This document shows positions 8,587 to 18,599 of a DNA stretch of 64,000 nt, in pieces (within the stretch, counting starts at the first letter, position 1; each line of letters starts with the position of its first letter). The stretch is from the NCBI GenBank assembly GCA_965263355.1, contig CBDHHL010000056.1, positions 1,088,001 through 1,152,000 on the forward strand, in the 5' to 3' direction. A model generated the notes under the pieces. The model was not told where the DNA came from. It saw only the letters and a list, made by a program, of their open reading frames with translations, and searched no databases. The translations under genes were made by a program, and so were the position numbers. The DNA comes from Leptolyngbyaceae cyanobacterium. GTDB lineage: Bacteria > Cyanobacteriota > Cyanobacteriia > Phormidesmidales > Phormidesmidaceae.

Positions 8587-9045
8587 ATGACAACAACTTG
8601 GACCAGGGTTGCAGGCAAAGTAATTCAAGGGCATGGGGTCGCATCAGGGCAGGCCAATGATCCGCGTTTCCCAGGGGGAACATTGCCAATGCAAATGCCT
8701 CTCTTTGCTACCCAGGGGCTCTGTCTTGATGCCTATTTTCCTGGAACAATTAATGTGTCTATTCACCCAAAATGTTACACGGTGCGTCAGGCAAAGCATA
8801 CGTTTAGGCAGATAAAATGGGCAGACAATGCGCCCCCTGAAGACTTTTCGTTTTTTGACTGTCGATTAGTGTTAGATACAGGGCGACAAGTACCGGGGTT
8901 GATTTATTATCCTCATCCTGAAACCAAGCCTGAACATTTTCAAGACCCTGCCACCCTTGAAGTGTTGACGGAGTTTATCGAAGGACTGAGTTATGGCATG
9001 GCAATTAGCTTAGAACTGGATTCAAGTCAGCTCAAGGTGGAATGA
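8587..9045 (+). CDS. Hypothetical protein resembling CTP-dependent riboflavin kinase family
   Basis: GKVIQGHGVAS and YFPGTINV resemble the G.V.SG.G and YPGTLN motifs of archaeal RibK. Confidence 0.5.
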   Translation: MTTTWTRVAGKVIQGHGVASGQANDPRFPGGTLPMQMPLFATQGLCLDAYFPGTINVSIHPKCYTVRQAKHTFRQIKWADNAPPEDFSFFDCRLVLDTGRQVPGLIYYPHPETKPEHFQDPATLEVLTEFIEGLSYGMAISLELDSSQLKVE

Positions 9046-9054
9046 TAAAAATCC

Positions 9055-9095
9055 GAAGGGCATCCACAAGGTAATGCCCCTACAGGATTGTTCAT
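9055..9095. repeat. 41-bp dispersed REP-like repeat
   Basis: 39/41 identical to 58477-58517; contains GGGCA...TGCCC stem followed by CTAC. Confidence 0.75.
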
Positions 9096-9164
9096 TCTTA
9101 ATTAATCACATCCTGCCGATTACCTAACAAAATTGCTCAGTGAGGATATCTGGCAGACCTGCCG

Positions 9165-10166
9165 TTATTTGACTGAACTCTCAACCCGAAGATTTATATC
9201 TGACATACCAGAAACAACGTGATTAGTGGTTTTTATTGACGTTGACGTGCCATAAATCGGTGTAATCCCTGCCCGGTCCAAAATCTCTGGAATCAAATCT
9301 TCGCGGCGAATGGCCATAATGTGTACCCCCTGACATAGGGTTTGAGCTAATTTAATTTGCTCAGCCGCGATCGCAATACCTGCTTGCAGAGGGTCTTTGG
9401 CAGTGGCTAGACGATTTATAATCTCGTCTGGAATCTGAACTCCAGGTACGTTGCGATTAAGAAAGGCCGCATTTTTAGCCGATTTGAGTAGGAAGATACC
9501 CGCTAAGACGGGTGTTTGAGTCGGGGTCGCAATCTGGTCCATAAATTTTTCGAGACAATCAAAATCAGAGATTAGCTGACTTTGAAAAAACTGGGCACCG
9601 GCCTCAACCTTGCGCTCAAAGCGCTTTTGCAAGCCTGACCAGCTGCGGCACTGAGGATCAACGGCAGCACCCGCAAAAATATCGAGGGGACCATCGGGTA
9701 GTTTTTTCTCGTTTAGGTCAATACCTTGATTAAGTAGGCCAATGGTACGCAACAGCCGTACAGACTCCAGGTCAAACACGCCGCGAGCTTTGGGATAATC
9801 TCCGGCTTTGACCGGGTCCCCAGTTAAGGCCAACACATTATGAATGCCTAGGGCATTGGCCCCCATCAGGTCGGCCTGGAGCGCGATACGGTTGCGATCG
9901 CGACAGGTCATCTGACAAATTGGCTCAATGCCTACCTGCTTTAGTAACATTGCCGACGCCAAGGACGACATCCGCATGACGGCCCGACTACCATCGGTGA
10001 TATTCACAGCATGGACCCGCCCCTTGAGCATCTGCGCCATTTTGATCATATGACTGGGGTCGCCACCTTTGGGGGGCATGACCTCAGCGGTAATGATGAA
10101 CTGTTTATGTGCGATCGCAGATCGCAAAAGGGAGGAAACCGAATGGGAGCCGTTAGAAATTGTCAT
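9165..10166 (-). CDS. metF: Methylenetetrahydrofolate reductase
   Basis: EVMPPKG, NITDGSRA, CRDRNR, LTGDP and GAQFFQSQ motifs. Confidence 0.9.
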   Translation of the reverse strand: MTISNGSHSVSSLLRSAIAHKQFIITAEVMPPKGGDPSHMIKMAQMLKGRVHAVNITDGSRAVMRMSSLASAMLLKQVGIEPICQMTCRDRNRIALQADLMGANALGIHNVLALTGDPVKAGDYPKARGVFDLESVRLLRTIGLLNQGIDLNEKKLPDGPLDIFAGAAVDPQCRSWSGLQKRFERKVEAGAQFFQSQLISDFDCLEKFMDQIATPTQTPVLAGIFLLKSAKNAAFLNRNVPGVQIPDEIINRLATAKDPLQAGIAIAAEQIKLAQTLCQGVHIMAIRREDLIPEILDRAGITPIYGTSTSIKTTNHVVSGMSDINLRVESSVK

Positions 10167-10306
10167 CGGAAGAGTAATTATTAAAAACTATATTTGAAGC
10201 CAAACTATAAGGAAAATGGGAATGACCCACTTGCCCAGTCATGTATTCATTATTCTCTATGGTACGAGATGGTACGAGACGATGGATACACCCACTTAGG
10301 CACGCC

Positions 10307-11317
10307 TTAGATCGGCTTGGCATATCCCAGGGCATCCTTAACCTTGGCTAACGTACGATTGGCAATGCTCCGGGCTTTTTCATTCCCCCGTTTGAGGACT
10401 GATTCTAAATAGCTGCGATCGTCCATCAGGGCCTGGTATTTTTCTTGGATGGGTTGTAGGGCTGCGATCGCAGTCTCCGTCAGCAAAGGCTTAAATTGCC
10501 CCCAGCCCATATCCGCACATGCCGCTGCCACCGCTTCCTTTTCTTGCCCCGATAGCAGCATATATAGCGTTAGCAAGTTATTACACTCAGGCCGTTCTGG
10601 ATTCCCAAACTCCAACCCTCGCATAGGGTCAGTCTTACACTTTTTAATTTTCTTTTTAATCAGATCAGGAGTGTCCCCAATCTCAATCCGACTCAGCTCA
10701 GACGGATCTGACTTAGACATTTTCTTAGTACCATCGGTCAGACTCATCACCCGAGCCCCATCAGTCCGAATCAACGCATCCGGCACCTTAAGCACCGGTT
10801 CTTTTTTCTTGCCAAACTGGTGATTAAGCCGCACCGCAATGTCGCGAGTAAGCTCAATATGCTGCTTTTGGTCCTCCCCAACAGGCACGATATCAGGCTC
10901 ATACAGCAAAATGTCCGCCGACTGTAGCACCGGATAATCCAGTAGGCCAACACTGACATTTTCCCCCTGTTTAACCGCCTTTTCCTTAAACTGAATCATC
11001 CGTTCTAACCAGTTCAATGGGGTGATGCAGTTAAACAACCAGGCCAGTTCGCTGTGGGCACTCACATGGGACTGCACAAACACAGTTGAACGGTCTGGAT
11101 CAATGCCACAGGCCAAATACGCTGCTGCCACCTTATACGTATTTTCCGCCAATAGCTTTGGATCATGGGGCACCGTAATTGCGTGTAAATCCGCTAGAAA
11201 CAGGAAACATTCATAATCATCCTGCATCTCTACCCAATTACGAATCGCACCGAGGTAGTTCCCCAAATGTAAATTACCAGTGGTTTGAATGCCTGAAAGA
11301 ATACGTTTTTTAGTCAT
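10307..11317 (-). CDS. trpS: Tryptophan--tRNA ligase
   Basis: HLGNY (HIGH), VPVGEDQKQH and KMSKS motifs. Confidence 0.97.
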   Translation of the reverse strand: MTKKRILSGIQTTGNLHLGNYLGAIRNWVEMQDDYECFLFLADLHAITVPHDPKLLAENTYKVAAAYLACGIDPDRSTVFVQSHVSAHSELAWLFNCITPLNWLERMIQFKEKAVKQGENVSVGLLDYPVLQSADILLYEPDIVPVGEDQKQHIELTRDIAVRLNHQFGKKKEPVLKVPDALIRTDGARVMSLTDGTKKMSKSDPSELSRIEIGDTPDLIKKKIKKCKTDPMRGLEFGNPERPECNNLLTLYMLLSGQEKEAVAAACADMGWGQFKPLLTETAIAALQPIQEKYQALMDDRSYLESVLKRGNEKARSIANRTLAKVKDALGYAKPI

Positions 11318-11807
11318 AGCTGGAGAACGGGGATTATGGCTAGAGATAACGATCTTATAGGACTACCGAGGGGGACTGAGATAGAAATTCAGGGCTTGCA
11401 GTGGACAAGATTTAATAGCCAAAATTTAGAGCTTGATGCAAGACCAAACAAGACCAAAGGAACCTTTATGTTCCTTAACCAGAGAAATATACACATAAAT
11501 TTCATATTATTTCCTGTACACCCCTTCCACCAGGTGTAGTTTTAATTGACTGACAAACGCACGTTCACACTTACGTCACGCCACCTTTTTACAGCTCAAA
11601 TCCCTGATAAATCAACTGTTTGCAGTTTATTCAATATACTTAAGCTGGCATCAATTTATGACCTTCACTGACGTATTAACCCTGGCCTTGTCCGTACTCA
11701 AGGATATGTGACCAAAATTTCCGGATAAATCTTTAGTTAAATTTACTGATGATTTTTACCATTTATGCAAAGACTATGAGACATAAAGTTCCCTATATAA
11801 TTTACCT

Positions 11808-12008
11808 ATGTGGATAATTAGCACGATATTGGAGGGTGGCGATATCGAAGAAGCCATCGCCATGGCCGTGGCGATGAACGCCAAGCGCCCTAGTCATTTA
11901 CCGCCCCAAGGTTTTTTATTATCAATGCTGGCTCGTATTAGCCATAAAAAATCAGAGTTTCAGGGAGCTGTCGACGTGACCGTTCTTGAAGGTAGTCGTA
12001 CCTCGTAA
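11808..12008 (+). CDS. Possible small hypothetical protein (66 aa)
   Basis: ATG-started ORF in an otherwise empty region; no recognisable motif. Confidence 0.3.
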   Translation: MWIISTILEGGDIEEAIAMAVAMNAKRPSHLPPQGFLLSMLARISHKKSEFQGAVDVTVLEGSRTS

Positions 12009-12072
12009 CGGCATTCTAGAGAAACTCGATAAGTAAGACATACCCAGCCATCTTCCCCCTAGGGCTCTACAG

Positions 12073-12291
12073 TCAGCTAACGGGAGGGGCTTTGTGTTTT
12101 CTAGCTGAAAGTATCCATAGTTTTTGACTCATCCAAGCCAGTGACCAGACGAGATCAGGATGTTGATAGCCTTCATCAACCCGATGTTCTAACTCGGACA
12201 ATAGCCAATTTGCGACTATTGTTAACTGTTGAGAATCTAAAGACTCAACCAACTGCTGTTCTGCAGAATTTTGGGGCAATCGTTCAACCAT
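12073..12291 (-). CDS. Small hypothetical protein (72 aa)
   Basis: ATG-started ORF with helical-looking composition; no overlap with other genes. Confidence 0.45.
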   Translation of the reverse strand: MVERLPQNSAEQQLVESLDSQQLTIVANWLLSELEHRVDEGYQHPDLVWSLAWMSQKLWILSARKHKAPPVS

Positions 12292-12637
12292 GCTCTTAAA
12301 TGCTTAAGATTCTGCTCTTGTTTAGTTTGGCTCGATTTGCTACCGGAGTGCTAGAGCAAGGTAGCTGAATGTTGCAAATGTGGAGTCCATGGTTTACCTT
12401 CCATACCTGTTTGCTGTGGCCATAGTATAAACAGGATATCTTTGGTTCCCCTTGGGGCTAAGGTCCTAATCTGCATGGGACTTTAGTACCATCCTCTATC
12501 TATCAATCTATTAATTCTGTGAGCTTGTTAGTGTAGCAGAATCTTCTAATAGTGTTACGGGCAACCTTGATTGACTGCCAAAGGGTGCAACGGCTTGTGT
12601 CCTATTATGGAAGACTGCTTATTAGTTTTCCTGAGCC

Positions 12638-13027
12638 ATGGCCAAGTGGCCCCTTAAAACAGAATTTACCTTTGATGCCGCCCATTTCATCAAAGACTAT
12701 GCCGGTCCCTGTGAACGAATGCATGGTCACACCTATCGGGTACGGATGGAAGCGATCGCGACCAAGCTACATAGCTCTGAATATTGTCCCCATAAGGTGA
12801 TGGTGACGGATTTTCGCACACTACGTTGGGCCAAGCGTGATGTGGAAAAGGGAGGGTTAGACCATTGTTTACTCAATGATGTACTGCCCGAGGGCTATGA
12901 AACCACAGCGGCAATGATTGCCAAGTTTATTGATGACAAAACGTGCAAAGAGTTGTCCGCAGGCGTCACGTTAAAGGTTTGTGTGTCTGAAACACCGGAC
13001 TCCTGGGTGGAATATGAGGAGGATTGA
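12638..13027 (+). CDS. queD: 6-carboxytetrahydropterin synthase
   Basis: FDAAH, C..MHGHTY, LDH..LN and ET motifs; first gene of queDEC. Confidence 0.9.
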   Translation: MAKWPLKTEFTFDAAHFIKDYAGPCERMHGHTYRVRMEAIATKLHSSEYCPHKVMVTDFRTLRWAKRDVEKGGLDHCLLNDVLPEGYETTAAMIAKFIDDKTCKELSAGVTLKVCVSETPDSWVEYEED

Positions 13028-13680
13028 TGACTTTGATAAAGCAGAAATCGTCTCAAACGGTGGACAATACCCACCCTACTGCCCATAACCCATATCCCAT
13101 TGTCGAAACGTTTCATTCGGTTCAGGGGGAAGGTCTGTGGACAGGGACCAATGCATTTTTTATTCGTTTAGCAGGATGCGATGTCGGGTGTCCCTGGTGT
13201 GACACAAAGATTTCTTGGAGTCCAAAACCTCACGCTAGCGTTACGGTTGACCATTTAGTGCAACAGGCTCAATCGGCCCAACCATTTATGGTGGTCATTA
13301 CTGGGGGTGAACCCCTAATGCATGATCTGACGCCTCTAACCCAATCTTTAAAGCAAGCGGGGTTACGGCTTCATCTAGAAACCTCAGGGGCCCATCGTCT
13401 TAGTGGTCAATTTGATTGGATATCCCTTTCGCCCAAACGGTTTAAGCCACCTCAGCCAGAGATTTATGCCTATGCTGATGAATTGAAAGTCGTCATTGCC
13501 GAGGCTGATGACCTGGTTTGGGCCGCAGCACAAGCAGCTCAGGTGCCTGCCACTACGGTTAAACTTCTACAGCCAGAGTGGACCAGTGATCAAAGTCAGC
13601 AACTGGTCGTTGACTATGTCAAACAGCATCCAGACTGGCGGATTAGTTTGCAAACTCACAAGTTTTTAGGGGTTAGGTAG
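13024..13680 (+). CDS. queE: 7-carboxy-7-deazaguanine synthase (radical SAM)
   Basis: FHSVQGEG, CxxxCxxC (CDVGCPWC), TGGEP and SLQTHK; ATG start probably 13027. Confidence 0.93.
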   Translation: MMTLIKQKSSQTVDNTHPTAHNPYPIVETFHSVQGEGLWTGTNAFFIRLAGCDVGCPWCDTKISWSPKPHASVTVDHLVQQAQSAQPFMVVITGGEPLMHDLTPLTQSLKQAGLRLHLETSGAHRLSGQFDWISLSPKRFKPPQPEIYAYADELKVVIAEADDLVWAAAQAAQVPATTVKLLQPEWTSDQSQQLVVDYVKQHPDWRISLQTHKFLGVR

Positions 13681-13687
13681 GTATTGA

Positions 13688-14362
13688 ATGGAAAAAGCCG
13701 TTATTTTGCTATCCGGTGGGTTAGACTCTGCCACTGCGGCAGCCCAGGCAATTGCCGATGGATATGCCCCGATTGCCCTATCATTTCGCTATGGCCAGCG
13801 TCATGCTCGGGAACTGCTGGCGGCTAAGGTAATCGCTAACCATTTGGGCATTAACCAACATTTTATTGTGGATGTAAATCTAGCCCAGTGGGGAGGATCT
13901 GCGCTTACCGATACCCAGCAAAGCTTGCCCCAGGAGGGGGTGGCACCCAATGTAATTCCATCCACCTATGTGCCGGGACGCAATACGGTATTTATTTCCC
14001 TGGCCCTATCCCTGGCCGAAGCCCAGGCTGCCGAAGCGATTTATCTGGGTATCAATGCAGTGGATTATTCGGGTTATCCAGACTGTCGACCTGAATATTT
14101 AGAGGCGTTTCAAACATTGGCAAACCTATCGTCAAAGGTGGGGGTAGAAGGCAAACCAATTGAGTTAAAAGCGCCGTTAGTAATGGATTCTAAGGTGGAT
14201 ATTGTGAAACGGGCGGTGGCATTGAACGTGCCAATTCCGCAGACCTGGTCTTGTTATGCCGGTGGAGATCGGCCCTGCGGCAAATGTGATTCCTGCCGAA
14301 TTCGCGATCAGGCACTGATCGAAGCAGGATATCCGCAGTGGACTAGTCGAGCTATGGAATAG
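13688..14362 (+). CDS. queC: 7-cyano-7-deazaguanine synthase
   Basis: SGGLDS, YVPGRN, YPDCR and TWSCY...CGKCDSC. Confidence 0.96.
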   Translation: MEKAVILLSGGLDSATAAAQAIADGYAPIALSFRYGQRHARELLAAKVIANHLGINQHFIVDVNLAQWGGSALTDTQQSLPQEGVAPNVIPSTYVPGRNTVFISLALSLAEAQAAEAIYLGINAVDYSGYPDCRPEYLEAFQTLANLSSKVGVEGKPIELKAPLVMDSKVDIVKRAVALNVPIPQTWSCYAGGDRPCGKCDSCRIRDQALIEAGYPQWTSRAME

Positions 14363-14513
14363 TCTAAACAGTATTCGTTTTTCTGGTTCCTTAAAGCAAC
14401 AGTAAAGTACGAAATCTTGGCTTTTGCACTTTACTGTGTGAATGTAAGATAGCGCCTATGGGGATAGAGATCTGATTTACGGTAGAAATAACGAAGCTTG
14501 CTTCAAGTTTTCC

Positions 14514-17500
14514 ATGGTTGCTCCCCCATATGCTCGCTGGTTTCAGTTTGGTTTATGTTTCATTGCTGGTCATGTTGCCATAGCGGCCTACGGGACCCCA
14601 TCGATTGCGTCTGAATTGACCCATGATTCTTTCCCTAGGGCAGTGCCGTCATTAAAGGCCCATGAATATGGGCTAGTTGCACAAATTCTTCCAGATAACA
14701 CCCTGAAGAATGAAGGTTCCATCGTTATTGATACCAATACTGGCCGTACCATTGATGGTGGAGCAATTCGGGGCCCTAATCTATTTCACAGTTTTCAAGA
14801 ATTTAACGTTAATACCGATCAGCAGGTCTATTTTGTTAATCCTGATGGTATCGAAACGATTCTGAGCCGAATTACCGGCAACACGATTTCTACAATCGAT
14901 GGTCTGCTGGGGGTAGCGGGGCCAGCTGACTTGTTTTTGATCAATCCCAACGGCGTTATTTTTGGTCCCAACGCCCAGCTGGATATTCGTGGCTCATTTG
15001 CGGTTAGTACGGCAAATACAATTCAGTTTGCGAATGGTAGCCTATTTAGCACTGTAAATCCTAACAGTTCAGCCTTTTTGACGGCGAGCGTGCCGCTGGG
15101 GGTGCAGTTTGGCACAGTTCCCCAAGGAGATATTAGCAACACCGGCATCTTGGCTACCGGAGCAGATCTGACACTGTTGGGCAAGCAGCTGTATTTAGAA
15201 GGAGAACTGATTGCAGGCAATGATTTGACCCTGCAGGCCCAAGACACCGTCACCATTCGAGACAATATCACCAATCCCTTTATTGCTCAGGCAGGCAATG
15301 ATCTAACCGTCCAGGGTAATACAGGTATCGACATTTTCACATTGCAGCACCTGGAGCAAACCCCCTTTGTCAGTGGAGGAAATTTAATTCTCATCAGCGA
15401 TGGAGACATTTCTGGAGATGCCCACTTTGACAGTGGGGGAGACGTACAGTTTCTCACCGTGACGGGCCAACCTGGAAACTTTGTGAGCCTCCACGACCCA
15501 ATTATTTTTGCCAATGGAGATGTCACCTTTGGTGATTATGAAGGTGTGGCCCTAAAGGTAGAAGCCACGGGGAGTATTCAGGCAGGTAAAATCCGCATCA
15601 TAGGACCAGACACCACTTTAACTGCCGATGGGTCTGGATCCGATGAAGATCTGCTTGCCAGCAGTACCGCTTTAATTTTCCGTGCTGGTGTGCAGTCGGT
15701 GAATGGGTCTAAGCTACCCCTATCCACAGGCGGCACCACATTCAGAGAGCAACCGGTGACCAACCAGCCCCCAGGCAACATTGTGGTCACGTCCATCGAT
15801 ACCACTTCCGTCATTGATGGGGGGGACGGGGGACCGATTATCCTGGCAGCCGATGGGAACATCACCACTAACCCAGACCTGGAACCTGGTTTTATCAATT
15901 TAGACTCCTTCTCTCGCACATCGTCAGACAATGACGGTGATGCAGGCAAGGGGGGAGATATTTCCATTACCTCCATATCGGGAGATATTTTACTCAACGG
16001 TAGACTGTCTTCGTTTTCCCAAACCCTGGGCAATGGAAACGCAGGTACAGGCGGAAATATTCTGGTTTCCTCAGAATCGGGAAACATTATCGCTAACGAT
16101 CGGATCAATTCGTTTTCCCTCAGCCAGCGAAATACCCAAGGCAATGCTAGTAATGCCGGGAACATCACCTTCTCGACAATCTCTGGCGAGATTACCACCA
16201 ACGAGCGATTCAATGCATTCTCTAGTGCGTTTGATGGTGACTCAACCAGGGGAGGAGACATTACCATCTCTTCCCAATCTGGCAACATTCAGATAATTGA
16301 AGACTTAGAAACCTTTGCGGAGGCATTTGAAGGTGAAGCTGGTGATGGCGGCAATATCGTCGTAATCTCTGAGACTGGCAATATTGAAGCCCTGGATCAA
16401 ATCGAGTCATTCTCCATAGCGCGACGGGAAGGAAATTCTGGCAACGGTGGTAACATCAGCATTTCAACCAACTCTGGAAATATTCGCACAACAGACTTTG
16501 TGCGATCTTTTTCATTTGTGCGATCGCCCATGGGTGGGACAGCTGGCAATGGTGGCAATATTTCGCTGAGTACCACCTCTGGCAACATTACTACCGAGGG
16601 GCGATTAAGTTCATTTGCCTCCACCCGTTCGGAATTGATTACCGGCGGTGCGGGGGATGCTGGCAACATTGTCATAACTACGGTCTCTGGAGATATTGCC
16701 GTTAATCGTATTGATTCATCGTCCACGTTCTTCCCGTTTGATCCAGAACAAATCTTTACAGAGCTAACGGCGGCTACTGGCAATGGTGGTGATATTACCA
16801 TCACGTCAGTTTCAGGGGACATTACCAATGAGGGATTTATTGTCTCCGAGTCAAGCTCACGCAATGGTGACGTGGGTCGAGGGGGGGATATTGTTATAAC
16901 CACCCAAGAGGGCAGCATCCGTAGCAAGGCTGACGAATTAATTTCAACCATCGCCGTTTCGGAGGTAGATGGAAACACGGGAGCAGGGGGAACCGTTACT
17001 TTACAAGCACCCACCATTTCTAACGTAGAAATAGCAACGATTTCTAGTGGTGATGCCTCGGGCGATGTGACCATCCGAGGGGTTGGTGATAACGCAGTTA
17101 TTAGCAATTTGAAGGTGATTACCAGTGGTCAGCTAGTGGTTGTCAATCCCTCCATTAATGACAGTGAGAGTGACGAGACTGGCCAAACAATCATCCTTGA
17201 TTCCAGTACCTTTGACCGTTCTGGCACCACAGTCATTACCGGTGATGGGGATTTAACCCTGAACAATATTGAAATCCTCAGTGACGCTAATCGATCTGCC
17301 GATGCTGGCGACTTAGAAATTGTCAGTGCCGGAGAGCTACGGATCAACAATAGTCGACTGTTTAGTAATGCTAACCCTGGCAGCAGCGGCAATGGCGGCA
17401 GTGTCAGGGTAACTAGTGCAGATAGCATTACGTTGGATGGTACCGTCATCAATAACCAAACCGATGGCAGCGGTCGAGCAGGAAATATTCGGTTTCGCAC

Positions 17501-18548
17501 TCCACTGCTGCTGATTCAAAATGGTTCCCAGGTGACGGCAGCAACTAGCAGCCCTAACCCTCAGGGGAGTGGTGGTGATATTAGCATTGAGGCAGATACG
17601 GTCAATCTCTCAGGGGATAACACAACAGTATCTGTAAGTACCAGTGGTCCAGCGGTTGCTGGCAGCATCACCCTCACACCCGTTACCCAAGACGGTAATC
17701 TTGAAATCGTCACCATCAATGATGGCCCTCAATTTTCTGCCTCCACTGCGTCAGGTAGCAGTGCTAGAGGGGGAGATATTTTTATTCAAAATGCAGATAT
17801 CGTCTTTTTGCGAAATACTGATCTGGTTACCAGCAGCGATGGTTCGGGTAATGCAGGTAATATTGTTGTGGAAGATGTTAATGTTTTGCTAATGCGTCAA
17901 GGTAGCCTGATTCAAGCAGGGGCTAGTGCCAACGGCGATGGCGGCAGTATTGATATCGATGCAGGACTGGTGCTGACCGTTGTGGGAGAAGACAACGATA
18001 TCCTGGCGGATACCACCTCTGGCACCGGAGGTGATATCAAAATTACGACTGAGCGAATTATTGGCTTTCGAGAGGTTGACACCTTTAGCAATGATCTCAG
18101 GGGAAATGGCTTTAATGATATCAGTGCCCGATCTGAACAGGGGGTAGATGGTGAGGTGACCATTGATAATTTTTCGATTGATCCAAACCAGGGGGTGACA
18201 GCGCTACCCACGGATGTAATCGACCCGACAAATCAAATTGCCCAAGGTTGTAATCTGGAGAATAATGCTGTTGCTGAAACACCTTCAGGAGATCTCATTA
18301 TAACTGGACGTGGAGGACAACTCCCCAGCCCACAGGATCTTACCAGTACCGATATTTCCTTTGATGACCTGGGGCCTACTAATATGACGCCCACTGATAT
18401 TGAAGCACATGTTACATCGATAGAAGATGGTCCTGGTCCCAAAGCCATTGAGGATGCCCAAGACGCAATTGTGACACCGTCAGGAGACGTCTTTCTCATC
18501 GCTGCAGGGAACTGGCAGACGTCGTTATCTTGCAGGTCTTTACGTTAA
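14514..18548 (+). CDS. Filamentous haemagglutinin-family (TPS domain) exoprotein
   Basis: NLFHSFQEFNV and INPNGVIFG secretion-domain motifs; many G.GG.I.I beta-helix repeats; C-terminal ITGRGG.LP. Confidence 0.9.
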   Translation: MVAPPYARWFQFGLCFIAGHVAIAAYGTPSIASELTHDSFPRAVPSLKAHEYGLVAQILPDNTLKNEGSIVIDTNTGRTIDGGAIRGPNLFHSFQEFNVNTDQQVYFVNPDGIETILSRITGNTISTIDGLLGVAGPADLFLINPNGVIFGPNAQLDIRGSFAVSTANTIQFANGSLFSTVNPNSSAFLTASVPLGVQFGTVPQGDISNTGILATGADLTLLGKQLYLEGELIAGNDLTLQAQDTVTIRDNITNPFIAQAGNDLTVQGNTGIDIFTLQHLEQTPFVSGGNLILISDGDISGDAHFDSGGDVQFLTVTGQPGNFVSLHDPIIFANGDVTFGDYEGVALKVEATGSIQAGKIRIIGPDTTLTADGSGSDEDLLASSTALIFRAGVQSVNGSKLPLSTGGTTFREQPVTNQPPGNIVVTSIDTTSVIDGGDGGPIILAADGNITTNPDLEPGFINLDSFSRTSSDNDGDAGKGGDISITSISGDILLNGRLSSFSQTLGNGNAGTGGNILVSSESGNIIANDRINSFSLSQRNTQGNASNAGNITFSTISGEITTNERFNAFSSAFDGDSTRGGDITISSQSGNIQIIEDLETFAEAFEGEAGDGGNIVVISETGNIEALDQIESFSIARREGNSGNGGNISISTNSGNIRTTDFVRSFSFVRSPMGGTAGNGGNISLSTTSGNITTEGRLSSFASTRSELITGGAGDAGNIVITTVSGDIAVNRIDSSSTFFPFDPEQIFTELTAATGNGGDITITSVSGDITNEGFIVSESSSRNGDVGRGGDIVITTQEGSIRSKADELISTIAVSEVDGNTGAGGTVTLQAPTISNVEIATISSGDASGDVTIRGVGDNAVISNLKVITSGQLVVVNPSINDSESDETGQTIILDSSTFDRSGTTVITGDGDLTLNNIEILSDANRSADAGDLEIVSAGELRINNSRLFSNANPGSSGNGGSVRVTSADSITLDGTVINNQTDGSGRAGNIRFRTPLLLIQNGSQVTAATSSPNPQGSGGDISIEADTVNLSGDNTTVSVSTSGPAVAGSITLTPVTQDGNLEIVTINDGPQFSASTASGSSARGGDIFIQNADIVFLRNTDLVTSSDGSGNAGNIVVEDVNVLLMRQGSLIQAGASANGDGGSIDIDAGLVLTVVGEDNDILADTTSGTGGDIKITTERIIGFREVDTFSNDLRGNGFNDISARSEQGVDGEVTIDNFSIDPNQGVTALPTDVIDPTNQIAQGCNLENNAVAETPSGDLIITGRGGQLPSPQDLTSTDISFDDLGPTNMTPTDIEAHVTSIEDGPGPKAIEDAQDAIVTPSGDVFLIAAGNWQTSLSCRSLR

Positions 18549-18599
18549 TCAATTAATCAATGTGCGGTAATTTGATCCAACAGCTTATCCACCAGCCCC

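Noticed and set aside
10307..11317. trpS or nitrile-forming queC as part of the AetD-like pathway
   Set aside because: They look like normal housekeeping genes 9-13 kb away with no operon link
12300..12637. preQ1 riboswitch upstream of queD
   Set aside because: I could not find the short stem plus A-rich tail consensus by eye; an Infernal scan would be needed
12638..14362. queDEC as a 7-deazaguanine DNA-modification (dpd) island
   Set aside because: No dpdA/tgt-like or other dpd genes nearby; ordinary queuosine precursor synthesis is sufficient
15023..18499. Multiple minus-strand ORFs of 79-236 aa inside the FHA gene
   Set aside because: Antisense shadows of Gly/Asn/Ile-rich repeats; the same applies to short ORFs opposite alaS, lysS, trpS, the P-ATPase and the kinases
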